Source: Meyerozyma guilliermondii
Lineage: Eukaryota
Reading direction: 5' to 3'
DNA length: 64,000 nucleotides
Assembly: GCA_051546255.1 (NCBI GenBank)
Contig: CP128817.1
Coordinates: 744,001-808,000, forward strand
The translations under genes and the position numbers were made by a program. Below the pieces are notes generated by a model. The model was given only the letters and a program-made list of their open reading frames with translations, was not told the DNA's origin and did not search any database. This document shows positions 41,208 through 52,228 of this stretch, in pieces (the stretch's first letter is position 1; the number at the start of each line of letters is the position of its first letter).

Positions 41208-42443
41208 ATGTCTCCAACCACTGTAAACCATCATCCAAGGCCACAACGACTTCCTTCCCTTTCCGTCAAGGTGGATCCCACGTTAAAGCTGTGTCTTTCT
41301 TCCACAAACGTTGTTAAGAATACTGCGGAAAGTGCAAGTCACCCTTCATTTGTGGTTGAAAATAATGATTGCAGCCCCAATCTCCATGGTCTCTATTCAG
41401 GAGCGTGCTGTGACGAGGATCAGGTGAAGGCACCAACGCCAGTGGTGTTTAGCAGCAAAGATCTGTTGCCTTTGATGTCAAGGTCCGGGTCCATTGTTCT
41501 GCCACCGTTAATAAACCAAGAAGCCGCAAACAAAAAACGCCACTTGTTGATAGGTATCACCGGTTGTATCTCCATCCACAAGAATGTGTTTTTGATCATT
41601 GAAAAATTGTTCGAGTTGTACGGCCATGAACGGCTTGAAATCCAGGTGGTACTCACCAAATCCGCCGAGTGGTTTTTGACAGAAAAGCTTCACAAATTCG
41701 ACCAGTTGGGCGTGAAAGTATGGTTCCACAATGACGGTATCAAACAATATTTGACGTCAGACATATATTCCAAGTCCGGTAAGATGAACCCAGCCGCCTT
41801 GCCCAATCACACCATGCTTCCATTTGCGCTTCAGCGATGGGCAGACATGTTTTTGCTCGCTCCGCTTTCAGCAAACACTTTGGCAAAAGCCATAAATGGC
41901 CTTTCTGACAGCTTGTTGACAGATATCTTGCGTATATGGCACGCACCTGCTCACTCACACAACGACGCCATGTATCCTTGCAGTGACAATACGGTGTTAT
42001 CAAGTGCATCGCTGTCAGCCAAACCACTTCTCGCAGCCGTGGCTCTCACCAACTCCATGTACTCGCATCCAATTACCAAGCGACAGCTTGTATTGTTGAA
42101 GGAAACGTTTCCCAACATATGCATTTTAAAGCCTGTGGAAAAGTGTGTGGATGTCGATGGAAATATTGCTATGGGAGGCATGCGGTCTTGGCGTGAAGTT
42201 GTAGACTTTGTCACCAAGGGTCTTGGAGAGCCAGAAGAGGAGGAAGATGGTGAGGAAGACGATACCAACGACGACGACAGGTCGCCCACGTCGAATCTCA
42301 TATCTATTCATCACCACCGGTCCACACTAAGCAGCAAAGAAATACAGGAGCACGAGCGGTTGGCGTCTCAGAATGCTATATTAAACTCAGGAGTTGGCTT
42401 TGAAGTGTCTACTGCATCGTCCATGCTATCTGAACGAGCTTAG
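41208..42443 (+). CDS. Hal3/Sis2/Vhs3-like HFCD flavoprotein (PPC-decarboxylase family) with degenerate catalytic motifs
   Basis: RWADMFLLAPLSANTLAKAINGLSDSLLTDILRIW, PVEK...MGGMRSW, acidic tail; ATG at 41208. Confidence 0.85.
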   Translation: MSPTTVNHHPRPQRLPSLSVKVDPTLKLCLSSTNVVKNTAESASHPSFVVENNDCSPNLHGLYSGACCDEDQVKAPTPVVFSSKDLLPLMSRSGSIVLPPLINQEAANKKRHLLIGITGCISIHKNVFLIIEKLFELYGHERLEIQVVLTKSAEWFLTEKLHKFDQLGVKVWFHNDGIKQYLTSDIYSKSGKMNPAALPNHTMLPFALQRWADMFLLAPLSANTLAKAINGLSDSLLTDILRIWHAPAHSHNDAMYPCSDNTVLSSASLSAKPLLAAVALTNSMYSHPITKRQLVLLKETFPNICILKPVEKCVDVDGNIAMGGMRSWREVVDFVTKGLGEPEEEEDGEEDDTNDDDRSPTSNLISIHHHRSTLSSKEIQEHERLASQNAILNSGVGFEVSTASSMLSERA

Positions 42444-42617
42444 ATGATAGCTGTAATAGTAAGTGAATTATCTGGAGACTTCTCAGTAGCAATTCAATTT
42501 GTACCAGCTATCACTCTTTAAGCATATTTGCTGTCGAGACATTCTCTTCTTCGTAGCAATTGTCACTATTCTCCGGGCCAGTTCGCACTCCCCCGCATTT
42601 TCCATCTTCTTTATAAA

Positions 42618-43622
42618 ATGAAAAACTTTGAATTCGACCCAAACGCATACAGCAAAGACGAGTACTTGATTGGTGGAATTGCCACCTATGTTTATAATGC
42701 ATCACAATTAACTCCATACATCAATCTGATCAACGAAAAGTTCAACAAGCATTCGGGAATTACTGATTCCAAGCAGCTAGAGGAGGTTCCTGTCAAGATT
42801 GTATACTTGGTTCACCAGCGTGGGGGAGATTACACTTATACAGAGTCTGCTGCCTACACTGTATTGAAACAGTACTACAAGAAGGCAAGTTCTCTTGATG
42901 TTCCGTTGGTTTGTGTGACATTTGACAATCGCAACCACGGCGCCAGACTTGTACAAGAAGTCAAGAACCGAGGATGGAAATCTAACGATACCCATGGGGC
43001 GGATTTGGTGTCTATAGTGGAGGGAAATGTCATTGACTTGAAGCTCGTGATGGACTACTTGCCAGCATACTTGAATTTGGAAGCAAAGTTGGCACCGGAA
43101 TTGAAAAAAGCTCACCAAACTGTCATCAAATATCGTAACGGAGTGTGTGGTTACTCTTTGGGAGGTCACACGGTTATTAGGTACGCTCTCAAGTACCCTG
43201 AGTCAATTGAATTTATCAATCCTAACATTGGTTGTGCTGATATGACTTCGTTATTGATTACCAGGTTGCTTCAAGTTGACAAAGAATCTCCAGCTTTTGA
43301 TAAAAAATGGTTCTATTCCAGCTACGACGAATTGAAACTCACCGAACACCAGTCGTCCGTTCAGTACCCAGAATACTTGCACCGTATCGTGGCTGCTGAA
43401 GATGTTTCTATCTTTGAAAACTACCCTTTTTCCCTGGTGAAAATGTTTGCAGCTTTTGGTGCCGATGACCTGTTGGTTCCCGCACGGTTGTCCAAGTTGT
43501 GGACCGATATGTATAAGAATTCAAACCCTGCTACTGAAGTTTTTGTTCAGCCGGGGGTGGGACACGATGTTACCCCGGAGATGGTGGACAAGTTTACGAG
43601 CTGGTTAGCCAGGAATTATTAA
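42618..43622 (+). CDS. Alpha/beta hydrolase of unknown substrate
   Basis: FDNRNHG, nucleophile elbow GYSLGGH, GADDLLVP, GVGH; ATG at 42618 in an AAAATG context. Confidence 0.85.
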   Translation: MKNFEFDPNAYSKDEYLIGGIATYVYNASQLTPYINLINEKFNKHSGITDSKQLEEVPVKIVYLVHQRGGDYTYTESAAYTVLKQYYKKASSLDVPLVCVTFDNRNHGARLVQEVKNRGWKSNDTHGADLVSIVEGNVIDLKLVMDYLPAYLNLEAKLAPELKKAHQTVIKYRNGVCGYSLGGHTVIRYALKYPESIEFINPNIGCADMTSLLITRLLQVDKESPAFDKKWFYSSYDELKLTEHQSSVQYPEYLHRIVAAEDVSIFENYPFSLVKMFAAFGADDLLVPARLSKLWTDMYKNSNPATEVFVQPGVGHDVTPEMVDKFTSWLARNY

Positions 43623-43797
43623 AAAGTGAAAAGAAAATGATGAAAGGTATCAAGTATCTTGAAATAATTTTAGAATTGTAGACTTTCTTAATGTTTAGTT
43701 TCGACATCAATGTATTGTATGAGGTACATAAGCGACTTTTGCACCCGTGCGCGGCTCCTGTGCGATTATCGTCTCAACTAAAACAAGTCACCCTCCA

Positions 43798-45504
43798 ATG
43801 CTCAAATCACAAATAGCACCCATTCCTAGCTACGAGCTGCAGCCGGTGCACAAGCCGTCTTCTCTGGTCAACTTTATCACCTTTAACCAAGATGGGTCTT
43901 GTATTGCAGTGGGTAATAATAAAGGCTATAGCATCTTCACCACCAATCCATTTACAAAATGTTATGATTCGCCACCCGGAGAAGCTATAGGTATAGTGGA
44001 AATGCTCTATTCCACGTCATTGGTAGTTGTTGTAGCTTTGGGTGAAGAAACAGGGCTGTCTCCTCGTAAACTAAAAATTATCAATACCAAGAGAGGGTCT
44101 ACAATTTGTGATTTGGTGTTTCCTTCCACCATATTAAAGGTCAAACTCACTCGCTCCCGGATGATAGTTCTCCTTGAAGAACAAATCTACTTGTATGACA
44201 TATCCACCATGAAGCTTTTACATACCATTGAAACGTCCCCTAATATGGCTGGTATATGTGCGATTTCTGCTGATCAAGGTTCGACTGACACCTCAAATTC
44301 TGCCGACAATTCGGGCTCTATTGGTTCCGGACCAGCTTCTGGTTCAGGTGCTGGCTCTGGCTCGGCTTCAATGACTTCCACCGACTCTACTCCAGATGCC
44401 CAATCCCATTCATACCTCGCCTATCCCTCTCCTCCAAAAACAGCAATGCACGATTCGCTTCTTGTGGCTGGAATCAACACCAATGGGGGACTGCACTCCA
44501 AGCAGAACAACATCCAGTCGGTCAGTAATGCTCCTAATAGGGTGGGAGATGTGATTATTTTTGACACTGATCTGCTCCAACCTCTATGCGTGATAGAAGC
44601 CCATAAATCTGCACTCGCAGCCATTTCTCTTTCTTCCGATGGCCGCTTGCTTGCTACCGCATCCGACAAAGGAACCATAGTAAGGGTTTTTTCCGTTTCA
44701 ACCGGTGCTAAATTGTACCAGTTTCGCAGAGGTACTTACCCCACCAAAGTGTACCTGGTGGCTTTCAGCCCCGATAACCGGTACGTGGTGACTACTTCCG
44801 CTTCTGGAACCGTTCATATATTCAGACTCGGTGAAGATGAGTCGTTGGAATCCAAACACAAGCGCAAGAGAGCTTCAAGACAGCACGAAACTATAGCAGA
44901 AGAGACGTCTGCCACTCAAGATCTCGACGACGAAATCGAGGATGACGGCGACGATAGTGACGTGGACGATGTGGAGTCGTTAGAGGTGGTTCCTTCTAAG
45001 CAACGAAAGCTTTCCCAGGGTTCGTCTAACTCTTATACCAGTATGAATTCTGGCATTTCTGGAATGAGCGAGGATGGAAAAGAGCCTAAAATCGACCCGA
45101 TAGTCGACCATGCCAGACTCTCGGTGGCACGAATGATTCGACGGTCGTCTCAAACTCTTGGTCGAAAAGCGGCCCAGAAAATGGGCGACTTTCTCCCCTC
45201 CAAGTTTGCATCCATTCTCGAACCCACGAGACATTTTGCCTCGCTCAAAATAGCGTCTGCATCCAAGGACGTCAAGTCGATAGCCGTGCTCGACAGTCAG
45301 GTGGTCCATGACATGGTACCGCAAATGTTTCTTCACTCGAAAGATGCAGCACCAGCATCGGCTTTGGATACGCAGCTGATGACGGAAATGGCCCTTTTGC
45401 ATATTTTTGTCGTTACATCCGACGGATACTTGTACGTCTACGGCTTGGATCCAGAAAGAGGTGGGGATTGCATACTTCTACAACAGCATTCATTTGATAT
45501 ATAG
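43798..45504 (+). CDS. ATG18: PROPPIN phosphoinositide-binding WD40 protein
   Basis: IVEMLYSTSL, SPRKLKIINTKR, ATASDKGTIVRVF, FRRG, RHFA; ATG at 43798. Confidence 0.95.
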   Translation: MLKSQIAPIPSYELQPVHKPSSLVNFITFNQDGSCIAVGNNKGYSIFTTNPFTKCYDSPPGEAIGIVEMLYSTSLVVVVALGEETGLSPRKLKIINTKRGSTICDLVFPSTILKVKLTRSRMIVLLEEQIYLYDISTMKLLHTIETSPNMAGICAISADQGSTDTSNSADNSGSIGSGPASGSGAGSGSASMTSTDSTPDAQSHSYLAYPSPPKTAMHDSLLVAGINTNGGLHSKQNNIQSVSNAPNRVGDVIIFDTDLLQPLCVIEAHKSALAAISLSSDGRLLATASDKGTIVRVFSVSTGAKLYQFRRGTYPTKVYLVAFSPDNRYVVTTSASGTVHIFRLGEDESLESKHKRKRASRQHETIAEETSATQDLDDEIEDDGDDSDVDDVESLEVVPSKQRKLSQGSSNSYTSMNSGISGMSEDGKEPKIDPIVDHARLSVARMIRRSSQTLGRKAAQKMGDFLPSKFASILEPTRHFASLKIASASKDVKSIAVLDSQVVHDMVPQMFLHSKDAAPASALDTQLMTEMALLHIFVVTSDGYLYVYGLDPERGGDCILLQQHSFDI

Positions 45505-45580
45505 GTTCCCATGGCGATCCAAAAATTCCTGCATAAAATTGTTCAATTCATCTCATCACATTCTGTAAGCTCAAATCATC

Positions 45581-48517
45581 ATGTTGGAACGCAAAAGGCT
45601 TACCTCGGGTCTCACGGTCACGTCCAAAGTCTTTGTGAGGTCCCGCAATGGAGGTGCTACCAAGATAGTTCGCGAACACTATCTTCGTGACGATATTCCT
45701 TGTTATTCGACGCTTTGTGAAATTTGTCATGAACACTTGAAACCCGATGCCGCAGGTTTGTTGCCCCAATTTGTGCTTTCAAGCACACCCCAGAAGCTCA
45801 CAAGCGGTGAAATGCACTATGTGGTTGTGGACACCAACATCATGCTTCATGCTGTGGATATGTTGGAAAATACTGCCTGTTTTTACGATGTCATTATTCC
45901 CCAAACAGCCTTGGATGAAGTTAAAGCAAGGTCTTTTCCTATCTACCAGCGAATCCGGGCCCTTGTCAAGGGCAGTGACAAGCGGTTTGTGGTATTCCAT
46001 AACGAGTTTCATGAATCTACCTATATCAACCGAGGAAAGCTGGAGACCATCAACGACAGAAATGATCGTGCCATCAGGAAAACTGCCAAATGGTACCAAG
46101 ACCACCTTCCCAGTGTAAAGATTATATTTTTGTGCAACGATAAGGATAATAGAACCAAAGCTATTGCCGACGGATTGGAATCATATTCGTTGTCACAATA
46201 CATTGACTGCTTGCCAAACGCTGACGATTTAAGAGATTTGGTGCCCCAAGAAAATGTATCTTTTTCAGGCGACCGTCCAGAAATAAGTTTCCCTGAGTAC
46301 TATTCAAACTCTCGAATCATGGGTGGAATCAAGAACGGAACTCTTTACCAGGGTATTATCAACATTTCGCCGTATAACATATTACAAGGTAGCGTGCTGG
46401 TACCTGCCTTCAAAAAACCACTTTTAATAATTGGCTCCAAGAACTTGAACAGGGCATTTCACAGCGACTCGGTGATTGTGGAGTTGTTGCCCAAGGATAA
46501 ATGGCGGGAACCATCGTCAACTATTGTCGAAGAGAGCGCCGTTGCTCAGAATGATAATCCAGACGAAGACGATGATATAAATGGATCAGAGCCTAAGGGG
46601 GTCATTTCCGATAACGAACGCCGACTCTTGGCACAAGAAGCTCTTCATGTCACCAGTGAGTCCAAAAAACAGCAGCTGAGACTTCAACCCACCGCAAAAG
46701 TGGTGGGAATTTCTCGGAGATCTTGGCGGTACTATGTTGGTCAAGTCGACCCACTGTCTGTTTCTGAGAGCGGGAACGCTTCCAAGACATGTTTTGTTGT
46801 TTTGATGGACAAAGTTTTGCCTAAAATCAGAATACGGACGAGAAAAGCTACTGATTTATTGGGTAAGAGAATCGTGGTGGTGGTTGATTCGTGGCCCTCG
46901 ACTTCAAAACACCCTCAAGGCCACTTTGTCAGAAGCTTGGGTGACGTGGAAAGTGCCGAGGCAGAAACTGAAGCGTTATTATTAGAGCATGATGTGGAAT
47001 ATCGTCCTTTCTCAAAGAATGTGTTGGACTGTCTTCCCAAGGAGGGAGCCAACTGGAAGGTTCCTGAAACTTTGAACATGGCTGATGGACAATTGGCTCA
47101 ACGGAAAGACCTTCGTGATAAGCTAGTTTGTTCTATCGACCCTCCAGGATGTGTGGATATCGATGATGCACTTCATGCTCGAAAACTTCCAAATGGAAAT
47201 TATGAAGTTGGTGTACATATTGCCGATGTGACTCACTTTGTGAAACCCAACACTGCTCTTGACCAAGAAGGTGCTTCCAGAGGTACGTCGGTATACTTGG
47301 TGGACAAGAGAATTGACATGTTGCCTATGCTTTTGGGAACGAATTTGTGTTCTCTTAAACCATATGTGGATCGATTTGCTTTCTCGGTGATTTGGGAACT
47401 TGATCAAAATGCCGAAATTGTCAATGTTGACTACATGAAATCCATAATCAAGTCTAGAGAGGCATTTTCGTATGAGCAAGCCCAGCTTCGAATTGACGAT
47501 AAATCTCAAAATGATGAACTTACCCAGTCCATGAGAATCTTACTCAAGCTTTCCAAGAAATTGAAACAGAAACGTTTGGATGCTGGTGCCCTAAACTTGG
47601 CATCTCCTGAAGTCAAGGTCCATATGGATAGTGAGACCTCAGACCCCGGAGAGGTTGAAATTAAAAAGCTTCTCGAGACAAATTCGTTGGTTGAAGAGTT
47701 TATGTTGTTCGCCAATATCTCGGTCGCCAGAAAGATATACGATGCCTATCCACAAACGGCCATGTTACGTCGCCACGCCCCTCCGCCAGCTACAAATTTC
47801 GAAGCTTTAAATGAAATGTTGAGAGTCCGTAAGAAGGGTATGTCTATTTCGCTTGAATCGTCGAAAGCTTTAGCCGATTCGCTCGACAGATGTGAAGATC
47901 CCAATGACCCATACTTCAACACATTGTTGCGTATAATGTCTACCAGGTGTATGATGGCTGCCGAATACTTTCCTTCCGGTTCTTATGGGTACCCAGAGTT
48001 CAGACATTATGGTTTGGCAGTTGATATCTACACCCATTTTACTTCACCAATTAGAAGATACTGCGATGTGGTTGCACACAGACAGTTAGCCGGTGCCATT
48101 GGCTACGAAAACTTGGACTTGAGTCATCGGGACAAAACCAAGATGGAACTTATTGTCAAGAATATCAACAGGCGGCACCGCAATGCCCAGTTTGCAGGAA
48201 GAGCCAGTATTGAATATTATGTTGGCCAGGTTATGAGAAACAACGAGTCTGTTCATGAAGGATATGTCATCAAGTGTTTCAATAATGGAATTGTTGTCCT
48301 TGTGCCCAAGTTTGGCGTCGAGGGACTCATCAAGTTGGACTTGTTGGGAAAGGTCGACAGTGCCGTTTATGACGAAGACAAGTTTGAGTTGACATTTGAG
48401 GACCATTCTGGAAAAAAGAGAGTGGTGGGGGTGTTTGATAAAGTGGAGGTAGACGTCAAGTCTGTCAAGGATGAGGTTACGGGAAAGAGAAAGGCACAGT
48501 TACTACTTAAGAAGTAG
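45581..48517 (+). CDS. DIS3: Exosome catalytic subunit Dis3/Rrp44
   Basis: [17 protein letters not shown] domain ([14 protein letters not shown]), RNB domain ([24 protein letters not shown]). A PAC-like CTCATC lies at about 45552. Confidence 0.97.
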   Translation: MLERKRLTSGLTVTSKVFVRSRNGGATKIVREHYLRDDIPCYSTLCEICHEHLKPDAAGLLPQFVLSSTPQKLTSGEMHYVVVDTNIMLHAVDMLENTACFYDVIIPQTALDEVKARSFPIYQRIRALVKGSDKRFVVFHNEFHESTYINRGKLETINDRNDRAIRKTAKWYQDHLPSVKIIFLCNDKDNRTKAIADGLESYSLSQYIDCLPNADDLRDLVPQENVSFSGDRPEISFPEYYSNSRIMGGIKNGTLYQGIINISPYNILQGSVLVPAFKKPLLIIGSKNLNRAFHSDSVIVELLPKDKWREPSSTIVEESAVAQNDNPDEDDDINGSEPKGVISDNERRLLAQEALHVTSESKKQQLRLQPTAKVVGISRRSWRYYVGQVDPLSVSESGNASKTCFVVLMDKVLPKIRIRTRKATDLLGKRIVVVVDSWPSTSKHPQGHFVRSLGDVESAEAETEALLLEHDVEYRPFSKNVLDCLPKEGANWKVPETLNMADGQLAQRKDLRDKLVCSIDPPGCVDIDDALHARKLPNGNYEVGVHIADVTHFVKPNTALDQEGASRGTSVYLVDKRIDMLPMLLGTNLCSLKPYVDRFAFSVIWELDQNAEIVNVDYMKSIIKSREAFSYEQAQLRIDDKSQNDELTQSMRILLKLSKKLKQKRLDAGALNLASPEVKVHMDSETSDPGEVEIKKLLETNSLVEEFMLFANISVARKIYDAYPQTAMLRRHAPPPATNFEALNEMLRVRKKGMSISLESSKALADSLDRCEDPNDPYFNTLLRIMSTRCMMAAEYFPSGSYGYPEFRHYGLAVDIYTHFTSPIRRYCDVVAHRQLAGAIGYENLDLSHRDKTKMELIVKNINRRHRNAQFAGRASIEYYVGQVMRNNESVHEGYVIKCFNNGIVVLVPKFGVEGLIKLDLLGKVDSAVYDEDKFELTFEDHSGKKRVVGVFDKVEVDVKSVKDEVTGKRKAQLLLKK

Positions 48518-48667
48518 AAGAAAGTGAGGACCAAAAACTAGGGGAGGAATAGTCATAGAGTATGCATAGACTAATGTCAGTAAATTTTTAGCTGCGCTAT
48601 CTATCAGTACTCTTCAGTACTGTTCGTACTGTTCACACTCTGCAGCTCTGCAGCTCGCTACGGCTCG

Positions 48668-49276
48668 CTAGCGGCTAATATACTCCACCAACTGCTCTAT
48701 GGTGATGATTTTGAGATTGTGTTCCTTTGCAAATTTTTGGCAGTCGGGCAATCTCTGCATGAGTCCATCTTCATCTCTTACAAGTTCACAGATTACAGCC
48801 GCAGGTTGGAGCTCTGCGAGCTCGGTAAGTTGTACCGCTGCTTCAGTATGGCCTCTTCTCTTTTTGAGTAGTCCTGGCACCGCTCGCAAGGGAAGAATAT
48901 GGCCTGGCTTTATAAAGTCTTCCGATTTGGATTCAGCATTAGCCAACAGACGAACCGTCAATGCCCTATCGTGAGCAGAAATTCCCGTGGTGGTTCCGTG
49001 GGAATAGTCACAGGTGACAGTATAAGCTGTTCCATGACGATCAGTTTGGTCTTTTAACATTGGGTGCAACTCGAGCTTGTCAGCACGTTCAGTAGATAAC
49101 GGAGCACACACGTATCCAGACAGATGGCGGACCAAAAACGCCATTTTTTCCTGGGTGCAAAGCTCAGCAGCCATGATTAAATCACCTTCATTTTCACGGC
49201 TCTCATCGTCCATCACGATCAAAAATTCACCCTGCTTAAATGCCTGAATGGCTTCAGGTATAGGTGTAAACGACAT
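48668..49276 (-). CDS. RIB3: 3,4-dihydroxy-2-butanone-4-phosphate synthase (riboflavin pathway)
   Basis: DDESRENEGD, TTGISAHDRA, PGHILPL, GHTEAAV; ATG at 49276. Confidence 0.96.
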   Translation of the reverse strand: MSFTPIPEAIQAFKQGEFLIVMDDESRENEGDLIMAAELCTQEKMAFLVRHLSGYVCAPLSTERADKLELHPMLKDQTDRHGTAYTVTCDYSHGTTTGISAHDRALTVRLLANAESKSEDFIKPGHILPLRAVPGLLKKRRGHTEAAVQLTELAELQPAAVICELVRDEDGLMQRLPDCQKFAKEHNLKIITIEQLVEYISR

Positions 49277-49463
49277 GCTGGATGTGACTACTAGGAGCTG
49301 GGGGATGTACGTCACTTATATAAGTAGTATAGTGGCCGGCGGTGGATTCTAAGCCGGTTTGTTTCACGTGAGCTAATGCGGGTCGGACGACTTTGTCAGC
49401 TGTGTCATGTATGAATAAGTGCGTAATTATCCGAGCGGCTCGGAAAAAGCTACTGGTTACACT

Positions 49464-49630
49464 ATTTTCTCCATTCTATTAGACCCTTTTTCTATTTAAC
49501 TCTTTTTTACTTATTACTTTTACTTTCACTTTTACTTTTTTTTCTCTCTTTCATTTTCCTTTTCTTCACTTTTCTCTTATTTCTCGATTTTTCACTTTTT
49601 GCAATTTTCACATTTTGCATTTTCACATCT
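49464..49630 (+). promoter_or_regulatory. T/C-rich low-complexity tract in the RIB3/IRC25 divergent promoter
   Basis: About 165 bp of T runs with very few G; possibly nucleosome-disfavouring. Confidence 0.55.
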
Positions 49631-49631
49631 C

Positions 49632-50057
49632 ATGTTTCCATCCACATTGTCCCACACAGCCCAATACCCCAATGGCCCCACTATAGACTACATTCTTACA
49701 GAACTAGAAGACAAAGTCATACTCCACATACGAATAGACAGCACTATGGATTCAACATTTGAAATACCAGTGTCCACCTCCGACACCATGCGATTGGCCA
49801 GTGGTACTCTGGGTGAAGATACTTTGATAGAACCAAAGCTCATTATAGGCAACCATGCAAACTTTAAAATACAGATAGTAGCGGGCCAAATAGCCAAGTT
49901 GATGTTGCAAAGTAGTAATCCAAAAGACACATTCTTATCGATAGGATCAAGATGGTTCGGCAAAGGAGATGAAGCCGAATCGGATGACTTTGACAAACTA
50001 ATGTTTGTGGTGGAGAATCTCGGCATACTATTGAAAAAGAGACCAGAAAATTTATAG
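49632..50057 (+). CDS. IRC25: Proteasome assembly chaperone 3 (Poc3/Irc25)
   Basis: ILHIRIDSTMDSTFEI, QIAKL, LSIGSRWF and DFDKLMFV match the Irc25/Poc3 pattern. Confidence 0.72.
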   Translation: MFPSTLSHTAQYPNGPTIDYILTELEDKVILHIRIDSTMDSTFEIPVSTSDTMRLASGTLGEDTLIEPKLIIGNHANFKIQIVAGQIAKLMLQSSNPKDTFLSIGSRWFGKGDEAESDDFDKLMFVVENLGILLKKRPENL

Positions 50058-50085
50058 TATTATTTGCGTATAGTATCTACTTCTT

Positions 50086-51366
50086 CTATTTCTTGGCTGG
50101 CCGTTCTTTCACTGGCACCTTTCTTTCCTTGGTTCCCCACACAAGCTTGTGGGGTTTCATAAACTGGTCAGTTTCCTCCTCGGTGATGGCAGCCCGTCTT
50201 GCCTGGTACGCAGCCACAAAGTCTTGGATCACAGAAATACACTCTTGCTTCATTTCTCCCGACAAAACCTCTCCCTTTCTATAACCATCGGCCAACTTTT
50301 GCAACTTTTCGTCGTCATAACTGAAAAACGAAAGGTATTGGAATGCCACGTCGATATCCGGGTCCCCACCCACCTCACGGTGTTCCTCTATCGTGGCTTT
50401 TCCACCAGAAAACGCATACTTGTTGATCTTCTTTTTGATCTGGTTCGGAGTGTCGCCCATGAAAATCGACGTGGTGGTGTCGGAAGCCGACATCTTGGTG
50501 GATGCTCCTTGCAAGGCTGGAAAGAACTTGGCGTGGATCAAACTTGGCTTGGTAAACTTGAGTTTATCGGCAACATCTCTGCACACTCTAAAGTATGGGT
50601 CTTGATCAATGGCACATGGAATTAAGCATGGTGTCTTAGCAGGCAAGCCCAAAACGTCAGGAAATGACGAAGGGAACGCAGTGGCAATCTGGACACTGGC
50701 AAAGTGAAGTTTTCCAATACAATCGGAATCTTGAAATCCAAATACTGCCTTGGCTGTAGAGGTGGTAATTTGTCTTGAAGTACGGACCACATTTTCGTAG
50801 AATGGTCCGTTCATATACTCCAAGTCTGAAAAGATAAATGTGTTCTCTGGCTTGAACCCAACTGCTATGATATCCTTGGCGTTTGTGCGGGCAAAACCCT
50901 TGACATCTTCAATGGTTAATTTGGGTTTGAACAAAAACTTTTCATCATCTGTCAATTCAATGACCAAGGGAACATCGAAAACCTCCTGTAACCATCTGGT
51001 GAATTCAAAAGGGACCATATGACCCAAATGAATGGAATCTGACGAAGGTCCTCTTCCCGTGTACAAGAAAAAAGGCTCGCCGTGCTCATAGAGAGACAAG
51101 ATTTTTTCGAGGTCTCTTTCGGAAAAAAACACACCTCTCTTCAAGAATGGGTGTGGTTCAGCCCCGGTAACTGCCTTGAATCTTTCCAACGTCTCGGTGG
51201 TAATTTTACGAGTTCCAAACTGGTTTATCAATTTGTCGTAATCGATGCCTTGGGTTTCACCATCCACCACAGCACCTTCTACTTCCCAAGGTGTGATTTT
51301 CTGTTCAGTCTTGGCATTCTTAGCATCTTCCACCGACAACCCGGCGGTCTTTTCTTCCAAAGACAT
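50086..51366 (-). CDS. WRS1: Cytosolic tryptophanyl-tRNA synthetase
   Basis: ITPWEV, YTGRGPSS..HLGH, AIDQDPYFR, KMSAS. Confidence 0.97.
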   Translation of the reverse strand: MSLEEKTAGLSVEDAKNAKTEQKITPWEVEGAVVDGETQGIDYDKLINQFGTRKITTETLERFKAVTGAEPHPFLKRGVFFSERDLEKILSLYEHGEPFFLYTGRGPSSDSIHLGHMVPFEFTRWLQEVFDVPLVIELTDDEKFLFKPKLTIEDVKGFARTNAKDIIAVGFKPENTFIFSDLEYMNGPFYENVVRTSRQITTSTAKAVFGFQDSDCIGKLHFASVQIATAFPSSFPDVLGLPAKTPCLIPCAIDQDPYFRVCRDVADKLKFTKPSLIHAKFFPALQGASTKMSASDTTTSIFMGDTPNQIKKKINKYAFSGGKATIEEHREVGGDPDIDVAFQYLSFFSYDDEKLQKLADGYRKGEVLSGEMKQECISVIQDFVAAYQARRAAITEEETDQFMKPHKLVWGTKERKVPVKERPAKK

Positions 51367-51573
51367 GGTTAGTCAAGGTAATTGGTGAAGTAATGAGTGG
51401 GTTGAGTCACGATGCAGGCGAGAGATGCGCGAAAGGCATATAGAGAAAGGAAGTGAATAGCATTATAAAAATCAATAAAGTTGAAAAGATGGAATTCTTA
51501 TAGTTGAAAAGATCAATTAAGTAATATCTTGGTCGTCTACTCTCTCGTTTGTTTTATTACCTATACATGCCGA

Positions 51574-52194
51574 TTAAAAGTGGAGCTTGGTGAAGAACCA
51601 CTTGTTCTTACCGGCTTGGTGCTTCTCCTCTAAAGCCTTCTTGACAACCTTCTTGGCCTCCTCTCTTTGCGATGGCTCCTCCAAGGATTCAGATGTGACA
51701 ACAGACTTGAATGACTCAACATCCAACGAGTATCTGGTTGGCATCAAGTGGTTGTAGTTAACCAACTTGACGAATGGCTTGACCTTGGTTCTCTTAGCGG
51801 TCTTCTTAGCACCCAAGTTCTTGGTAACTTTCAATGGATAACGTTCGATACCAACAACAATGGCATGTGGGAATGGGTGGGACTTGGTACCTTCATCGTG
51901 AGGCTTGACGATCACCACCTTCTTACCAGCGAAACGACCACGGACGACAATAGCTAAGAGTTAGTATTATATGTTTTGGATTCGCTGCAGATTGACGTTG
52001 CTGGGCATGCACTGGACATATGTGAACATAATATCGATGAAATTTCAAGGTTGTCAAAGTGAAAAATTATAGGTGATTGAATTCTCAAAATATGCTTCCA
52101 TCTTCAGCACCAAGTATCACTACAGCTTGAATATACGTGCTGGCCCCATGTAGAAGTACTTACCAACTTTGCCTGACTTGATGAATTTAGCCAT
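51574..52194 (-). CDS. RPL27: 60S ribosomal protein eL27; spliced, exons 52194..52164 and 51953..51574
   Basis: Joined product: [32 protein letters not shown]...WFFTKLHF (136 aa). Intron 51954-52163 is GTAAGT...TACTAAC-TCTTAG. Confidence 0.97.
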
Positions 52195-52228
52195 TATATC
52201 TGTTCTAGTACTTTTCTCAAGTCGCTTA

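Noticed and set aside
45511..45690. Out-of-frame upstream ATG overlapping the DIS3 start (and a similar short ORF at 61424-61507 before REX4)
   Set aside because: Both begin within 10 bp of the previous gene's stop, probably upstream of the TSS; no evidence that they are on the mRNA.
48601..48670. Micro-repeats (CAGTACT, CTCTGCAG, GCTCGCTA) between DIS3 and RIB3 as a CRISPR-like array
   Set aside because: These are short slippage duplications with no repeat-spacer structure, in a eukaryotic context.
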